From: an uncultured Gemmataceae bacterium
GTDB taxonomy: Bacteria > Planctomycetota > Planctomycetia > Gemmatales > Gemmataceae
Direction of reading: 5' to 3'
Length of the DNA: 64,000 nt
NCBI GenBank assembly: GCA_963750165.1
Contig: CAVVPN010000011.1
Coordinates: 352,001 to 416,000, forward strand
In this document: positions 40,855 through 51,247 of the stretch, one piece after another
Layout of the letters: each line of letters begins with the position of its first letter
Numbering within the stretch: position 1 is the stretch's first letter
The notes under the pieces: model-generated
Seen by the model: only the letters and a program-made list of their open reading frames with translations
Told to the model about the DNA's origin: nothing
The model's database searches: none
Program-made: the position numbers and the translations under genes

Positions 40855-42012
40855 TCAACGCCGATACAGCAGCACGTCAAACGTCGGCCGCGTGGAGCCG
40901 TCGCGGAAGCGCACGCCCTGTGGCGCGTGGGCGGCGGTGTGCGCCGGCGCCGGCCCTGCATGGGCGCGGCAGGCCAGCGCCGTGATGCCCAGCTCGCCCA
41001 GCGACTTCAGCTCGCCCGCGTCCACGATGCCGTTGCTGTTGGCATCCACCCACACCGCCAGGCCGTCGAGTTCGGCGCCGGTCAGCCAGCCGTCGCCGCT
41101 GGCGTCCAGCGCGGACAGGGCACGGTAGCCGTTCTCCCAGAACATCCAGAACGTCACGCCGCCGAACAGCTGCAAGGCCGAATCGACCTTGCCCGTCCGC
41201 TTGTGGTCGTGGACCAGCCAGCCCGCGTTCTTGCTGATCCAGGTCCACTTGTGCTTGACGCCCGAACCATCTGCGTCGAAGGCCACGGCGGCATGGTGGT
41301 CCACCAGTTCCTTGACGCTCAGCCCGTCGCGCAGCGGGATCACCAGCGGCGTCACCGGCCGCCGGACTTTTTGCATCTGTTTGGTGCGCTCCGTCAGCGT
41401 CTTGATCTCCTCGGCGTCCTTCGTCCTGTCGAGCAGCGGCGTCAGGTAGCCGGCCGCCTCCGCCGTGACCGAGTGCCAGCCGAGCCCCGCCGTTTTCAGG
41501 TCTTTTTCGCGCTTCCAGCCGTTCTCCACCACCCGGCGATACGCCTGTACCGCCTCGTCCTTCTTGCCGGCCTGCTCCAGACACCACGCCAGGCCGAGCT
41601 GCGCCGTCAAATTGTCCGGCGCCAGACTCAACGCCGCCTGATAGTTGCGGATGGCCTGGCGCAACTGCTCCTCGGCGGCCCGGCGTTTGGCCGGATCGGC
41701 AGTCGGTTTCGCGGTGAACGGCACCTGCTTCGGCGCGTAGCCGAACCAGGGCAGGCCGTTCTTCTTGTTGATTTCCAGCACGTCCGACTTGAGGGCGTAG
41801 GCCATCGCGTGGGCGCGGGCCAGGTTCAGCCGCAGCGTCGCGTCCTTGGGGTTCCGGGTGACCAGCATGTTCAGGTTCTTGACAATTTGCTCGACCGGAA
41901 TCCTGTCCAGGTCTGGCCGCACGTAACGGCCCAGGGCCGTGCTGACAGGTGTGAACAGGATAGCGCCGGCCAACAACCACACCGAGCGGAGACGGCAAAG
42001 GCGAGTCATCAT
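40855..42012 (-). CDS. Secreted TPR protein with C-terminal Ca-binding domain resembling the FrpC self-processing module
   Basis: Signal peptide; TPRs (AIRNYQAALSLAPDN..AQLGLAWCL); TPLVIPL..FDADGSG..NGYRALSALDASGDG..VWVDANSNGIVDAGEL. Confidence 0.75.
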   Translation of the reverse strand: MMTRLCRLRSVWLLAGAILFTPVSTALGRYVRPDLDRIPVEQIVKNLNMLVTRNPKDATLRLNLARAHAMAYALKSDVLEINKKNGLPWFGYAPKQVPFTAKPTADPAKRRAAEEQLRQAIRNYQAALSLAPDNLTAQLGLAWCLEQAGKKDEAVQAYRRVVENGWKREKDLKTAGLGWHSVTAEAAGYLTPLLDRTKDAEEIKTLTERTKQMQKVRRPVTPLVIPLRDGLSVKELVDHHAAVAFDADGSGVKHKWTWISKNAGWLVHDHKRTGKVDSALQLFGGVTFWMFWENGYRALSALDASGDGWLTGAELDGLAVWVDANSNGIVDAGELKSLGELGITALACRAHAGPAPAHTAAHAPQGVRFRDGSTRPTFDVLLYRR

Positions 42013-42164
42013 GGTTCTCCCACAAGGATTTAGAGACCGGCGTCGTTGTATCCCCGGGCCGGCGCTTCGTCCATGAACCGTCGGGGAGGCTCCAGCATTA
42101 CTGGCGGGATGACGTTTTCTGAAAGATCAATTGAGAAAAATTGCAGAAGATTGGCAGATTCTAC

Positions 42165-42194
42165 TTGACGCATGGCGTGATGCGGGAATATTCT
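42165..42194 (+). promoter_or_regulatory. Sigma-70-like promoter of the BMC operon
   Basis: TTGACG-N18-TATTCT in the AT-rich intergenic region, ending 55 nt before the DeoR start. Confidence 0.5.
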
Positions 42195-42249
42195 AGCGGA
42201 AGTTGTTAGATAACGATAATTTTCCGTCAATGTCAAGCAGGGGCCGGTT

Positions 42250-43044
42250 GTGCTCGTAGAGGAACGCCGCCAGCAGATTCTCGACCTCATCAGCCGCCAG
42301 GGCTTCGTGGCCCTGACGGACCTGGCGCGGGCCATCCAGGTTTCCGAATCGACCATTCGTCGCGACCTGGACTACCTGAACGAGCGCGGCCTGGTACGGC
42401 GGACGCACGGCGGCGCCATCCACGCTGGCGACGACACGCTGCCAGCATTGGAGGACCGCTCCACACGGCAGATCGAGGAGAAACGGCAAATCGCCCGGGC
42501 CGCGGCGGCACGCATTCACGACGGCGACGCCATCCTGCTCGACGGCGGTACCACGACGCTGGAAGTCGCCCGGTTTCTGGTCGGCCGACCGCTGCAAATC
42601 GTCACCAACAGTTTGCCCATCGCGAACCTGTTTGCGAGCAACCGCGAGACAGACCTGATCCTGCTGGGCGGTTTCGTCTATCCGAAGACCGGCGTGTGCC
42701 TGGGACCGTTGACACAGAAGGTGCTGCCGGACCTGCACGTCCACCAGACGATCATGAGTTGCGGTGGCATCACCGCCAAGGGCCTGTTCAACAGCAATGT
42801 GCTGCTGGTCGAGACAGAGCGGCAGATGATGCGCTGCGCCGACATGGTGACGGTGCTGGCGGACCACACGAAGATCGGCCGGCAAGCGCTGGCGTTCCTG
42901 TGCGAGCTGTCAGCGGTGGACACGCTGATCGTCGATGCGGGGCTGACGGCAGAGCAACGGTCGCTGATCGAGGGGGCGGAGGTGCGATTGATCGTGGCGG
43001 ACGCGGCGGGCTCGAACGGCACGGCGGAGGAGTTTCGACAATGA
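42250..43044 (+). CDS. DeoR/GlpR family transcriptional regulator
   Basis: [41 protein letters not shown]. Confidence 0.95.
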   Translation: MLVEERRQQILDLISRQGFVALTDLARAIQVSESTIRRDLDYLNERGLVRRTHGGAIHAGDDTLPALEDRSTRQIEEKRQIARAAAARIHDGDAILLDGGTTTLEVARFLVGRPLQIVTNSLPIANLFASNRETDLILLGGFVYPKTGVCLGPLTQKVLPDLHVHQTIMSCGGITAKGLFNSNVLLVETERQMMRCADMVTVLADHTKIGRQALAFLCELSAVDTLIVDAGLTAEQRSLIEGAEVRLIVADAAGSNGTAEEFRQ

Positions 43045-43697
43045 GCACGGCAACCCTGGAGCGCACTGCGGTCGAGCGGCTGGTGCGGGCGGCGCTGACG
43101 CAGCGACTGGGCACGAACGGCGTCCCGAACCAGTTGGTGGTGAACATCTCGGCCCGGCACTGTCACGTGACGCAGGAGGATCTGGAGCGGCTGTTCGGCA
43201 AGGGCCATCGGCTGACGGTCCACAAGCCGCTGTATCAGGATGGCTTCTTCGCGGCGAACGAGGCAGTGACCATCATCGGGCCGCGGCATCGCATGATTCC
43301 GAACCTGCGCATCCTGGGCCCGTGCCGCGACCACAGTCAGGTGGAGCTGGCGTTCACGGATGCGATTTCGCTGGGCCTGGACGTGCCGGTGCGCAAGAGC
43401 GGCGACCACCGCGATTCGCCGGGGTGCTATCTGCTGGGGCCGGCGGGCATGATCGAGCTGGCACGCGGCGTGATCCGGCACGAGCGGCACGTCCACATGG
43501 GTCCGGCGGACGCAGCGCACCACGGCGTCAAGGACGGCGACCGGTTGCAGCTGCGGGTCAAGAGCACGTGTTCGATGGTGCTGGAAGATTTGCTGGTGCG
43601 GCTGGCGCCGGCGAGCAAGCTGGAGGTACATCTGGACACGGACGAGGGCAACGCCTGCGACCTGACGCACGCGACGCGGGTGGAGCTGTTCAAGTAA
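43041..43697 (+). CDS. pduL: PduL-type phosphate propanoyltransferase with N-terminal encapsulation peptide
   Basis: [36 protein letters not shown]. Confidence 0.93.
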   Translation: MSTATLERTAVERLVRAALTQRLGTNGVPNQLVVNISARHCHVTQEDLERLFGKGHRLTVHKPLYQDGFFAANEAVTIIGPRHRMIPNLRILGPCRDHSQVELAFTDAISLGLDVPVRKSGDHRDSPGCYLLGPAGMIELARGVIRHERHVHMGPADAAHHGVKDGDRLQLRVKSTCSMVLEDLLVRLAPASKLEVHLDTDEGNACDLTHATRVELFK

Positions 43698-43754
43698 CTG
43701 ATCGGACAAACGATTCTCAGAAACTCTCTCTCACCGTTTTGAGGGCAATCGGCA

Positions 43755-44075
43755 ATGGCGAGTTCACACATGGAGGCCCTGGGCCTCATCGAGACGAAGG
43801 GCCTGACGGCGCTGGTGGAGGCGAGCGACGCGATGCTCAAATCCGCCAATGTGACGCTGATCGGCTGGACGAAGATCGGCAGCGGCCTGGTGACGGCGAT
43901 GGTGGTCGGCGACGTGGCCGCGGTCAAGGCGGCGGTGGACGCGGGCGCCGCCGCGGCGGGGCGCGTCGGCGAGGTGGTTGGCGTGCAGGTGATCGCCCGG
44001 CCGCACGAGGACCTGGGCGTGGTGCTGCCGCTGGCTGGCAAGAAGTCGGCCGCGGCGCCGGCGACGGCGAGCTAA
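43755..44075 (+). CDS. BMC-H shell hexamer protein
   Basis: [38 protein letters not shown]. Confidence 0.95.
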   Translation: MASSHMEALGLIETKGLTALVEASDAMLKSANVTLIGWTKIGSGLVTAMVVGDVAAVKAAVDAGAAAAGRVGEVVGVQVIARPHEDLGVVLPLAGKKSAAAPATAS

Positions 44076-44109
44076 CACAAGCGAAACCTCTGCAAAGGAG
44101 CATTCAATC

Positions 44110-44412
44110 ATGGCGAGTGTCAACGGTCGAAACGGCGGCGGCGTCGAGGCGCTGGGCCTGGTGGAAACGAAGGGTTACCTGGCGACGATCGCGGCGACGG
44201 ACGCGATGTGCAAGGCGGCGAACATCACGCTGGCGGGCCAGGTGCAGATCGGCAACGCCTTCGTGACGACGTTCGTGCGTGGCGACGTGGGCTCGGTGCG
44301 GGCGGCGGTGGACGCGGGCGCCGCGGCGGCGACGCAGCACGGCGAGTTGGTCAGCGCGCACGTGATCCCGCGACCGGACGAGGCGGTGCTGGAGACGTTC
44401 CTGGGCCGCTGA
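44110..44412 (+). CDS. BMC-H shell hexamer protein
   Basis: [37 protein letters not shown]. Confidence 0.95.
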   Translation: MASVNGRNGGGVEALGLVETKGYLATIAATDAMCKAANITLAGQVQIGNAFVTTFVRGDVGSVRAAVDAGAAAATQHGELVSAHVIPRPDEAVLETFLGR

Positions 44413-44422
44413 GGAACTGCGG

Positions 44423-45643
44423 ATGAAGATCCTGGTCGCGAACCTGGGCAGCACCAGCTTCAAGTACCGCCTGTTCGACATGACGGACGAGCGCGTGCTG
44501 GCGCGCGGTGGCGTCGAGCGCATCGGTTCAGAGCGGGCGCGCTGCTACGTCCAGGCGGGCGCGATCAAGGAGGAGGCCCAGCTGGCGGCGCAGGACCACG
44601 CCGTCGCGGTGCGGCTGTGTCTGCAACAGCTGTCGGACCCGCGGCTGGGCTGCCTGAAAGACCCGTCCGAGCTGGCGGCCATCGGCTTCAAGGCGGTCCA
44701 CGCGCGCGGCGTCACCGGCGTGCAGCGCGTCAGTGACAGGGTGCTGTCAGCGATGGAGGCGTATGCGGACGTGGCGCCGGCGCACAACCCGCCCTATGTC
44801 GCGGCGATGCGGCTGCTGGCGCGGGAGTTGCCGCAGTTACCGCTGGTGGCCGCGTTCGAGACGGGCTTCCACGAGACGATCCCGCCGGCGCGGAAACTGT
44901 ACGCGGCGCCGCAGGAGTGGGCCGAGAAGTATGGCGTCAGGCGCTGGGGCTTCCACGGCGCCAGCCATCGCTACATCGCGGAGCGGACGGCGTTCCTGCT
45001 GGGCAATCCCGACGCCAAAATCATCTCCTGCCACCTGGGCGGCAGCAGTTCGCTGTGTGCGATCCACGCGGGCAAGTCCGTGGCGGCCAGCATGGGTATG
45101 AGCCCGCAGAGCGGCCTGCCGCAGAACAACCGCGTCGGCGACTTCGACGTGTTTGCCTTGCCGATGCTGCTGCGCGAGACGGGCAAGACGCTCGACCAGC
45201 TGCTCGACGAGCTGGCCAACCGTTCGGGCCTGCAAGGATTGAGTAACGCAGGCAACGACCTGCGCGACATTGAGGCGGCGGCCGCGGCGGGCAACGAACG
45301 GGCCCAGCTGGCGATGGACGTTTACGCCGAGGCGGTGCGGCACTACCTCGGGGCGTTTCTGGTGCATCTGAACGGCGCGGACGCGATCGTGTTCACCGGC
45401 GGCATCGGCGAGAACTCCCCGCGGATGCGGCAGGCGATCTGCGAGCACCTGGAGTGGTTCGGCATCGTGATGGACCCGCGCCGCAACGCGACCGTGCAGG
45501 GCGAGGACCGCATCGACGCGGACGAGAGTCAGGTGCAGTTGTGGATCATGCCGACGAATGAGGAGCTGATCGTCGCCCGGCAGGCGAAGGAGTTGCTTCT
45601 ATGGCACGCCGTTTACAACGGGATTACTGGCGACCCGCCGTAA
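44423..45643 (+). CDS. ackA: Acetate/propionate kinase
   Basis: NLGSTSFK, APAHNP, GFHGASH, CHLGGSSS, FTGGIGEN, PTNEEL. Confidence 0.93.
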   Translation: MKILVANLGSTSFKYRLFDMTDERVLARGGVERIGSERARCYVQAGAIKEEAQLAAQDHAVAVRLCLQQLSDPRLGCLKDPSELAAIGFKAVHARGVTGVQRVSDRVLSAMEAYADVAPAHNPPYVAAMRLLARELPQLPLVAAFETGFHETIPPARKLYAAPQEWAEKYGVRRWGFHGASHRYIAERTAFLLGNPDAKIISCHLGGSSSLCAIHAGKSVAASMGMSPQSGLPQNNRVGDFDVFALPMLLRETGKTLDQLLDELANRSGLQGLSNAGNDLRDIEAAAAAGNERAQLAMDVYAEAVRHYLGAFLVHLNGADAIVFTGGIGENSPRMRQAICEHLEWFGIVMDPRRNATVQGEDRIDADESQVQLWIMPTNEELIVARQAKELLLWHAVYNGITGDPP

Positions 45644-45671
45644 ACAATGATTTGGATGAAAAGGACTCCCC

Positions 45672-45986
45672 ATGTTCCTGGCCCGCGTGACAGGCAGTGT
45701 GGTGGCGACGCACAAGGTCGCCAACATGACCGGGCACAAGCTGCTGACGGTCGAGCCGCTGCGTGTCGAGCCGGGCCAGCGCGACCGGCTGGTGAGCACC
45801 GGCCGCACCTTCGTCGTGGTGGACACCATCGGCGCCGGCCAGGGCGAACTGGTGCTGATCGTGCAGGGCTCCAGCGCCCGCCTGACGCCGGAGACGGAAA
45901 AACTACCGGTCGATGCCACGATCATCGGCATCGTGGACACTGTGAACGTCGAGAACAAGACCATCTTTTCCAGTCGGGAAAGCTGA
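45672..45986 (+). CDS. BMC-P vertex protein (EutN/CcmL family)
   Basis: [43 protein letters not shown]. Confidence 0.93.
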   Translation: MFLARVTGSVVATHKVANMTGHKLLTVEPLRVEPGQRDRLVSTGRTFVVVDTIGAGQGELVLIVQGSSARLTPETEKLPVDATIIGIVDTVNVENKTIFSSRES

Positions 45987-45988
45987 CG

Positions 45989-47425
45989 ATGAGCGCAACC
46001 ATGCAAGTGACCGACGACCTGATTCGCAGCGTCCTGCACGAGGTGCTGAGCGCCATGCGCAACGGCAGCGCCGCCGCGAAGGCCAACGGCGACGCCCGCG
46101 CCTGGGGCGTTTTCGACGACGTGGACGCCGCGGTGAAGGCCGCGACGGCGGCCCAGCGCGAATTCCAGAAGCGCGGCCTCGAAGATCGCCGCAAAGCGGT
46201 TGATTGTGTGCGGCACATCTGCCGCAGCCAGGCCCAGGAACTCGGCCGGCTGGAGTTCGAGGAGACGAAGATCGGCCGGCTGACGCACAAGGTCGAGAAG
46301 CTGATCGTCGCCGCGGACAAGACGCCCGGCGTGGAATTTCTGCGGACGGACGCCTTCAGCGGCGAACATGGCATCACGCTGCAGGAGTTCGCGCCGTTCG
46401 GCGTCGTCGGCATCATCACGCCGGTGACGCACTCGCTGCCGACGCTGGCCGGCAACGCCATCAACCTGCTGGCGGCCGGCAACGCCTTCGTGTGCAACCC
46501 ACACCCCAGCGGCGCGAAGATCGCCTGCCGCGGTGTCGAGCTGTTCAACCGGGCCATCCACGACGCCATCGGCATTGACAGCCTGTTGACCATCATCGCG
46601 CAGCCGACGCTGGAATCGGCGCAGGCCATCTTCGACCACCGCGACGTGAAGCTGCTGTGCGTGACTGGCGGCCCCGCGGTCGGCCGGGCGGCCCTGCGCA
46701 GCCCGAAGCGAGCCATCGTTGCCGGGCCGGGCAATCCGCCGGTGGTTGTCGATGAGACCGCCGATTTGGAGAACGCCGCCCGCTGCATCGTCGCCGGCGC
46801 CGGTTACGACAACAACCTGCTGTGCATCGGCGAAAAGGAAGTGTTCGCGGTCGCCGCCATCTTCGACGAGTTGATGGCGGCTTTCGCGCAGGCCGGGGCG
46901 TACCGGCTCAACCAGGAGCAGGTCGCGGCGCTGACGAAGGTGGCGTTCGTGCCTTATGAGGGCGACAAGAACAAATTGGTTGTGAACAAGGATTTGATCG
47001 GTGCGGATGCGGCGGTGCTGGCGAAGCACGCGGGCGTGACGGTGCCGGCGGCCACGGAAATCCTGGTCGGCGAAACGGAGGCGACGCATCCGTTTGTGGA
47101 GCAGGAGCAGATGATGCCGTTCGTGCCGTGCGTGCGTGTGCCGGACGTGGACACGGCCATCGACCTGGCGAAGCAGTACGAGCACGGCTTCCGGCACACG
47201 GCGATCATTCATTCGCGCAACGTCGAGACGATCACGCGCATGGGCCGCGAGATGGACGTGACGCTGTTCGTGCAGAACGGGCCGAGCATGGCGGCGCTGG
47301 GCCTGGGCGGCGAGGGCTATTTGAGCTTCAGCATCGCGACGCCGACCGGCGAGGGCGTGACGACGCCGCTGACGTTCACGCGCCAGCGCCGCTCGTCCAC
47401 GGTGGGGGCGCTGCGGATTTTCTGA
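45989..47425 (+). CDS. CoA-acylating aldehyde dehydrogenase (EutE/PduP family) with encapsulation peptide
   Basis: [59 protein letters not shown]. Confidence 0.95.
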   Translation: MSATMQVTDDLIRSVLHEVLSAMRNGSAAAKANGDARAWGVFDDVDAAVKAATAAQREFQKRGLEDRRKAVDCVRHICRSQAQELGRLEFEETKIGRLTHKVEKLIVAADKTPGVEFLRTDAFSGEHGITLQEFAPFGVVGIITPVTHSLPTLAGNAINLLAAGNAFVCNPHPSGAKIACRGVELFNRAIHDAIGIDSLLTIIAQPTLESAQAIFDHRDVKLLCVTGGPAVGRAALRSPKRAIVAGPGNPPVVVDETADLENAARCIVAGAGYDNNLLCIGEKEVFAVAAIFDELMAAFAQAGAYRLNQEQVAALTKVAFVPYEGDKNKLVVNKDLIGADAAVLAKHAGVTVPAATEILVGETEATHPFVEQEQMMPFVPCVRVPDVDTAIDLAKQYEHGFRHTAIIHSRNVETITRMGREMDVTLFVQNGPSMAALGLGGEGYLSFSIATPTGEGVTTPLTFTRQRRSSTVGALRIF

Positions 47426-47434
47426 TGCGTCTTG

Positions 47435-47479
47435 CTCCCCTCGCCCCCTTCAGAGGGAGAGGGGTTGGGGGTGAGGGGG
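47435..47479. repeat. C/G-rich REP (CTCCCCTC..GGGAGAGGGG..GGGGTGAGGGG type)
   Basis: Intergenic within the BMC operon; related copies at 48641-48680 and 58249-58277. Confidence 0.7.
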
Positions 47480-47484
47480 TTTTC

Positions 47485-47739
47485 GTGCAACGCGCGCGCA
47501 TCGTCGGCCACGCCACCGCGACGGTCAAGCACCCGACGCTGGTCGGCTGGAAGCTGCTGCTGGTACAACCGCTCGGCGCCAACGGCCAGCCCGATGGCGA
47601 ACCGCAGCTGGCCATCGACACGCTGGGCGCCGGCCGCGATGACACCGTGGTGGCACTGAACGACGGCGACGTGGCCCGGCAGCTGGTCGGCGCCAGGAAT
47701 TCGCCGGTGCGCTGGGTGGTGCTGGGGATTTGTGACTGA
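47485..47739 (+). CDS. BMC-P vertex protein (EutN/CcmL family)
   Basis: ARIVGHATATVKH..KLLLVQP..AIDTLGAG..VLGICD. Confidence 0.9.
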   Translation: MQRARIVGHATATVKHPTLVGWKLLLVQPLGANGQPDGEPQLAIDTLGAGRDDTVVALNDGDVARQLVGARNSPVRWVVLGICD

Positions 47740-48380
47740 TGAGCGGCAACGGCCAACTTGACGGGGTGCTGCGCTGGCCGGGCCGGGTGGTCGCGGCCGA
47801 GGAACTGCGCCGCCGCCTCAACGGCCACCGCGAGTTGCTGTTGCCGCCGCGCACCGTGGTGACGCCGCTGGCCCTGGAAGAACTGCGAGCGCTGGGGGTC
47901 CACGTCCGCCGCGAGGAAGAGCCGGCCGCGCAGCCCGGCGCCCTGCCGTGGGGCTACGGCCAGGATCGGGCGCACGCCCTGGTGCAGAGCGCCGCCCGTG
48001 CCGTGCAGCGCGACGGCCTGGCGCTGCAGGAACTGGCCGCCGCGACTCAGACGCCGGCCGCGGGTTGGGCGCGGGCGGTGGCGGAGCGCGTCGCCCGCGG
48101 TGATTGCCAGGGTGGTGTGCTGTTCTGCGACAACCCGGCGCTGGTGTGCTGCGTCGCCAACAAGGTCGCTGGCTTGCGAGCCGCGGCGGTCGCCACCATC
48201 GCCCAGGCCGCGCAGGCGCTCGCGACTTTCGCCCCGAACCTTGTCGCCGTTCCAATGCCGGGCCGCACGTTCTTCGAGATCCGGCAAATTCTGCGGACGT
48301 TTTGCCAGGTGGGTTTGCCGCGCTGCCCGGACGGCGCGGCCTGTACGCTGCGGGAACTGGACGGCCATGCGCATCGCTGA
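47739..48380 (+). CDS. BMC-associated RpiB/LacAB-like hypothetical protein
   Basis: TVVTPLALEEL near the N-terminus; GVLFC..CCVANKVAGLRAA resembles the RpiB family; translationally coupled to neighbours. Confidence 0.75.
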   Translation: MSGNGQLDGVLRWPGRVVAAEELRRRLNGHRELLLPPRTVVTPLALEELRALGVHVRREEEPAAQPGALPWGYGQDRAHALVQSAARAVQRDGLALQELAAATQTPAAGWARAVAERVARGDCQGGVLFCDNPALVCCVANKVAGLRAAAVATIAQAAQALATFAPNLVAVPMPGRTFFEIRQILRTFCQVGLPRCPDGAACTLRELDGHAHR

Positions 48381-48684
48381 GGTCATCGGCACCGTGACGC
48401 TGTCGCGCTGGCACCCGAGTCTGGCGGGCGGCCGCTGGCTGATCGGCGTGCCGTACAGCCTGAAAGCGCTGCAACAGCAGACGCCGGCCGACGGCGAGGA
48501 TTTCGTGCTTTACGACAACCTCGGCGCCGGTCACGGCGAGCGCATCGCCGTCAGCGAGGGCGCCGAAGCCGCCGCCCCGTTTCATCCGAACAAGGTTCCG
48601 CTGGACGCCTTTTGTGCGTGCATTCTCGACCAGATCAACCTCTCCCTCCCCCCTGGTGGGGGAGGGCCGGGGTGGGGGGGATAG
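48367..48684 (+). CDS. BMC-P vertex protein (EutN/CcmL family) with REP-derived tail
   Basis: MRIAEVIGTVTLS..YDNLGAGHGERIAVSEGAEAA..ACILD. Confidence 0.88.
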   Translation: MRIAEVIGTVTLSRWHPSLAGGRWLIGVPYSLKALQQQTPADGEDFVLYDNLGAGHGERIAVSEGAEAAAPFHPNKVPLDAFCACILDQINLSLPPGGGGPGWGG

Positions 48685-48695
48685 CGAGGAAAATC

Positions 48696-49577
48696 ATGAA
48701 CGAATACAAGCTGAAAGAGCAGATTTGCGAGATCGGCCGCCGCCTGTACAACCGCGGTTTCGCGGCCGCCAACGACGGCAACATCACCATCCGCCTCAAC
48801 GACCGCGAAATTCTCTGCACGCCGACGATGGTCTCCAAGGGCTTCATGAAGCCCGAGGACATCTGCAAGGTTGATTACGAGGGCAAGCAACTGGCCGGCA
48901 CGCGCAAGCGCACCAGCGAGGTGCTGCTGCACCTGGCCGTCTACAAGGAACGACCGGACGTGCAGGCGGTCGTCCACTGCCACCCGCCGCACGCGACCGC
49001 GTTCGCCGTCGCCCAGGAGCCAATTCCTAAATGTGTGCTGCCGGAGGTCGAAGTATTTCTGGGGATCGTGCCGATGGCGCGCTACGAAACTCCCGGCGGC
49101 ACCAAGTTCGCCGAGACAATTTTGCCCTACGTCAAGGAGTGCAACACGATCATCCTGGCGAACCACGGCACCGTCACGTTCGGGCCGACGCTGGAGAACG
49201 CCTACTTCAACTCGGAGATCATTGACGCCTACTGCAAGATTTTGATTCTCGCCCGGCAGCTGGGCCGCATCAACTACTTCAGCGAGAAGGAAACTCGCGA
49301 ATTGCTGGAGTTGAAGAAGCGTATCGGCTACGACGACCCGCGGCTGAAGGTAGAGAACTGCGACCTGTGCGGCAACAGCGAACTGGAGCGCGGCTTCCAG
49401 AGCTTCCAGCCCGAACCGAGGGCGTTCAAGCGCGACGAGGCCCCGGCCGCGAAGGCCGGCAGCAACGGCCACGCCGCTGCGCCGAGCAGTAACGGCCACG
49501 CGGCGAAGGCGCCGGACATTGACGAACTGGTGCGGCTCGTCACCGATCAGGTGATGGCCGCGCTGGCGAAGACCTGA
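48696..49577 (+). CDS. Class II aldolase (fuculose/rhamnulose-phosphate aldolase-like) with C-terminal encapsulation peptide
   Basis: NDGNIT, TPT, TSEVLLH, VVHCHPPHATAF, LANHG; tail DIDELVRLVTDQVMAAL. Confidence 0.93.
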   Translation: MNEYKLKEQICEIGRRLYNRGFAAANDGNITIRLNDREILCTPTMVSKGFMKPEDICKVDYEGKQLAGTRKRTSEVLLHLAVYKERPDVQAVVHCHPPHATAFAVAQEPIPKCVLPEVEVFLGIVPMARYETPGGTKFAETILPYVKECNTIILANHGTVTFGPTLENAYFNSEIIDAYCKILILARQLGRINYFSEKETRELLELKKRIGYDDPRLKVENCDLCGNSELERGFQSFQPEPRAFKRDEAPAAKAGSNGHAAAPSSNGHAAKAPDIDELVRLVTDQVMAALAKT

Positions 49578-49590
49578 AAGGAAGACGGCC

Positions 49591-50199
49591 ATGCCCCTGG
49601 TGAATAATGTCGGGGAACTGCAAGAATTGCTCAGTTCGATGAACATCACTGTAACCAGCGTCGATCAGCTGCGTGAACTGCTGTTGACGTTGCAGCAGGC
49701 CGACAGCAACGATCCCGCGGCCCGCCAGGCATGGGCGACCGCGCAGGCGCGGCAAGAAGCGCTGGCCGAAAAGACCAGGGACCAGGAACACGCCGAGCGC
49801 ATGCGGGCCCTGGAACTGGGTCACCCGCTGCCCGACCCGGAAGCGGTGCGGGCGGAGGCCGGGGCCATCAAGGCCACCGCCGCGGCCGCCGCCCTGCTGG
49901 GCAGCGCGGTGGTGTTCGTGGCGGTCGGCTGCTCGGTAGGGGCCACGGCCATCATCCTCCACTTCATGCACGATGCCGGGATCGTGCCCGTTTGTCTTCT
50001 CTGGCTGGTGTGCGGTGGTGTTTGTTTCGCGACCGCGTTGGGAAGCTTGACAGTGTTGAACAAGTTGCGGCTCGACCTGAAACGCGTGGGACGCCCCGCC
50101 CCGCCGCCCCCGGGCGAGGGGCCGCCTGTGGCGGCGCGCCCGATGGGAGCGGCGCAAGCGGATCGGGGCCAGTACTGGGAACGCAAACATGAAAGTTAG
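49591..50199 (+). CDS. Hypothetical membrane protein inside the BMC operon
   Basis: Own RBS; HAERMRALELGHPLP motif followed by two TM helices; 3' end overlaps the LDH start. Confidence 0.65.
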   Translation: MPLVNNVGELQELLSSMNITVTSVDQLRELLLTLQQADSNDPAARQAWATAQARQEALAEKTRDQEHAERMRALELGHPLPDPEAVRAEAGAIKATAAAAALLGSAVVFVAVGCSVGATAIILHFMHDAGIVPVCLLWLVCGGVCFATALGSLTVLNKLRLDLKRVGRPAPPPPGEGPPVAARPMGAAQADRGQYWERKHES

Positions 50200-51212
50200 C
50201 ATCGTGGGCGGCGGCGGTCTGGTCGGCAGCATGACGGCGTACGCGCTGCAGTGCGGCGGTGTCGTCAGCAGCATCTGCCTGATTGACGCCAACAACGACA
50301 TGGCGCAGGGCCAGGCGCTGGATCTGTTGCACGGCGCCAGCCTGGCCGCCGATCAGCGCATCAGCGCCGGCGGCATGGACGAAGTCGCCAGCAGCAACGT
50401 CGTCGTCGTCACCGCCGGCCTGCGTCGCAAGCCGGACGAAAGCCGCCTCGACCTCATCAACCGCAATGTCGATCTCTTTTTGGGCCTGCTCGACCAGATC
50501 AAGGCGGCGGGCCTGAAGGAGAACGCTTACCTCGTCGTGGTCAGCAACCCGGTGGACGTGCTGACGTACCTGGCGGTGCAGCGCTCCGGCCTGCCGTGGC
50601 AGCGCGTGATTGGGTTGGGCACGCAGCTCGACACGGCCCGCTTCCGCAGCTACCTCGCCCGCAGGTTGCAGGTGCCGCCGACGCAGGTGAATGCGCTGAT
50701 CCTCGGCGAGCACGGCGACAGCATGGTGCCGATCTGGTCGAGCGCCACGGTCGCGGGGCTGCCGCTGGAGCAGTGGCCCGGCTTCGGCCCGCAGGTGATG
50801 AAGGAGTGCTTCGAGGACACGAAGACCGCGGGCGCCCAGGTCATCAAGCTCAAGGGCGGCTCCGGCTTCGCGGTCGGCCTGTCCATCCGCGACGTGATCC
50901 ACGCCCTCGCCCTGGACAGCCGCAAAATCCTGCCGGTGAGCACGCTGCAGTCCGGGGCGTATGGGCTGCGCGACGTGTGCATTTCGGTGCCGACCGTGGT
51001 GGGCTGCGGCGGGGCGCGGCAGCACATCGAGCTGGAATTGACGCAGAAGGAGCGGCTGGCGCTGCTGCAGTCGGCGCGCGTGCTGCGCGAGACCATCGGG
51101 CAGGTGGAGGCGCGCATCGGCGGGGCACCCGCGAAACCGGCGGCGCCGGCCGGTAACGGGGATGTGGTGTTGTCGAAGAATCGGGTCATCCCGCAGTGCC
51201 TGGCAACGCTAA
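50189..51212 (+). CDS. Lactate/malate dehydrogenase family protein; true stop inferred at 51210-51212 after a probable 2-nt deletion
   Basis: VGGGGLVG, TAGLRRKPDESRLDL..RN, VSNPVD, GTQLDTARF, LGEHGDS. As given, the frame reads through to 51973. Confidence 0.85.
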
Positions 51213-51247
51213 CAGGGGTCAGAACTGCTCCGCAGTCGGGGTGCCCA

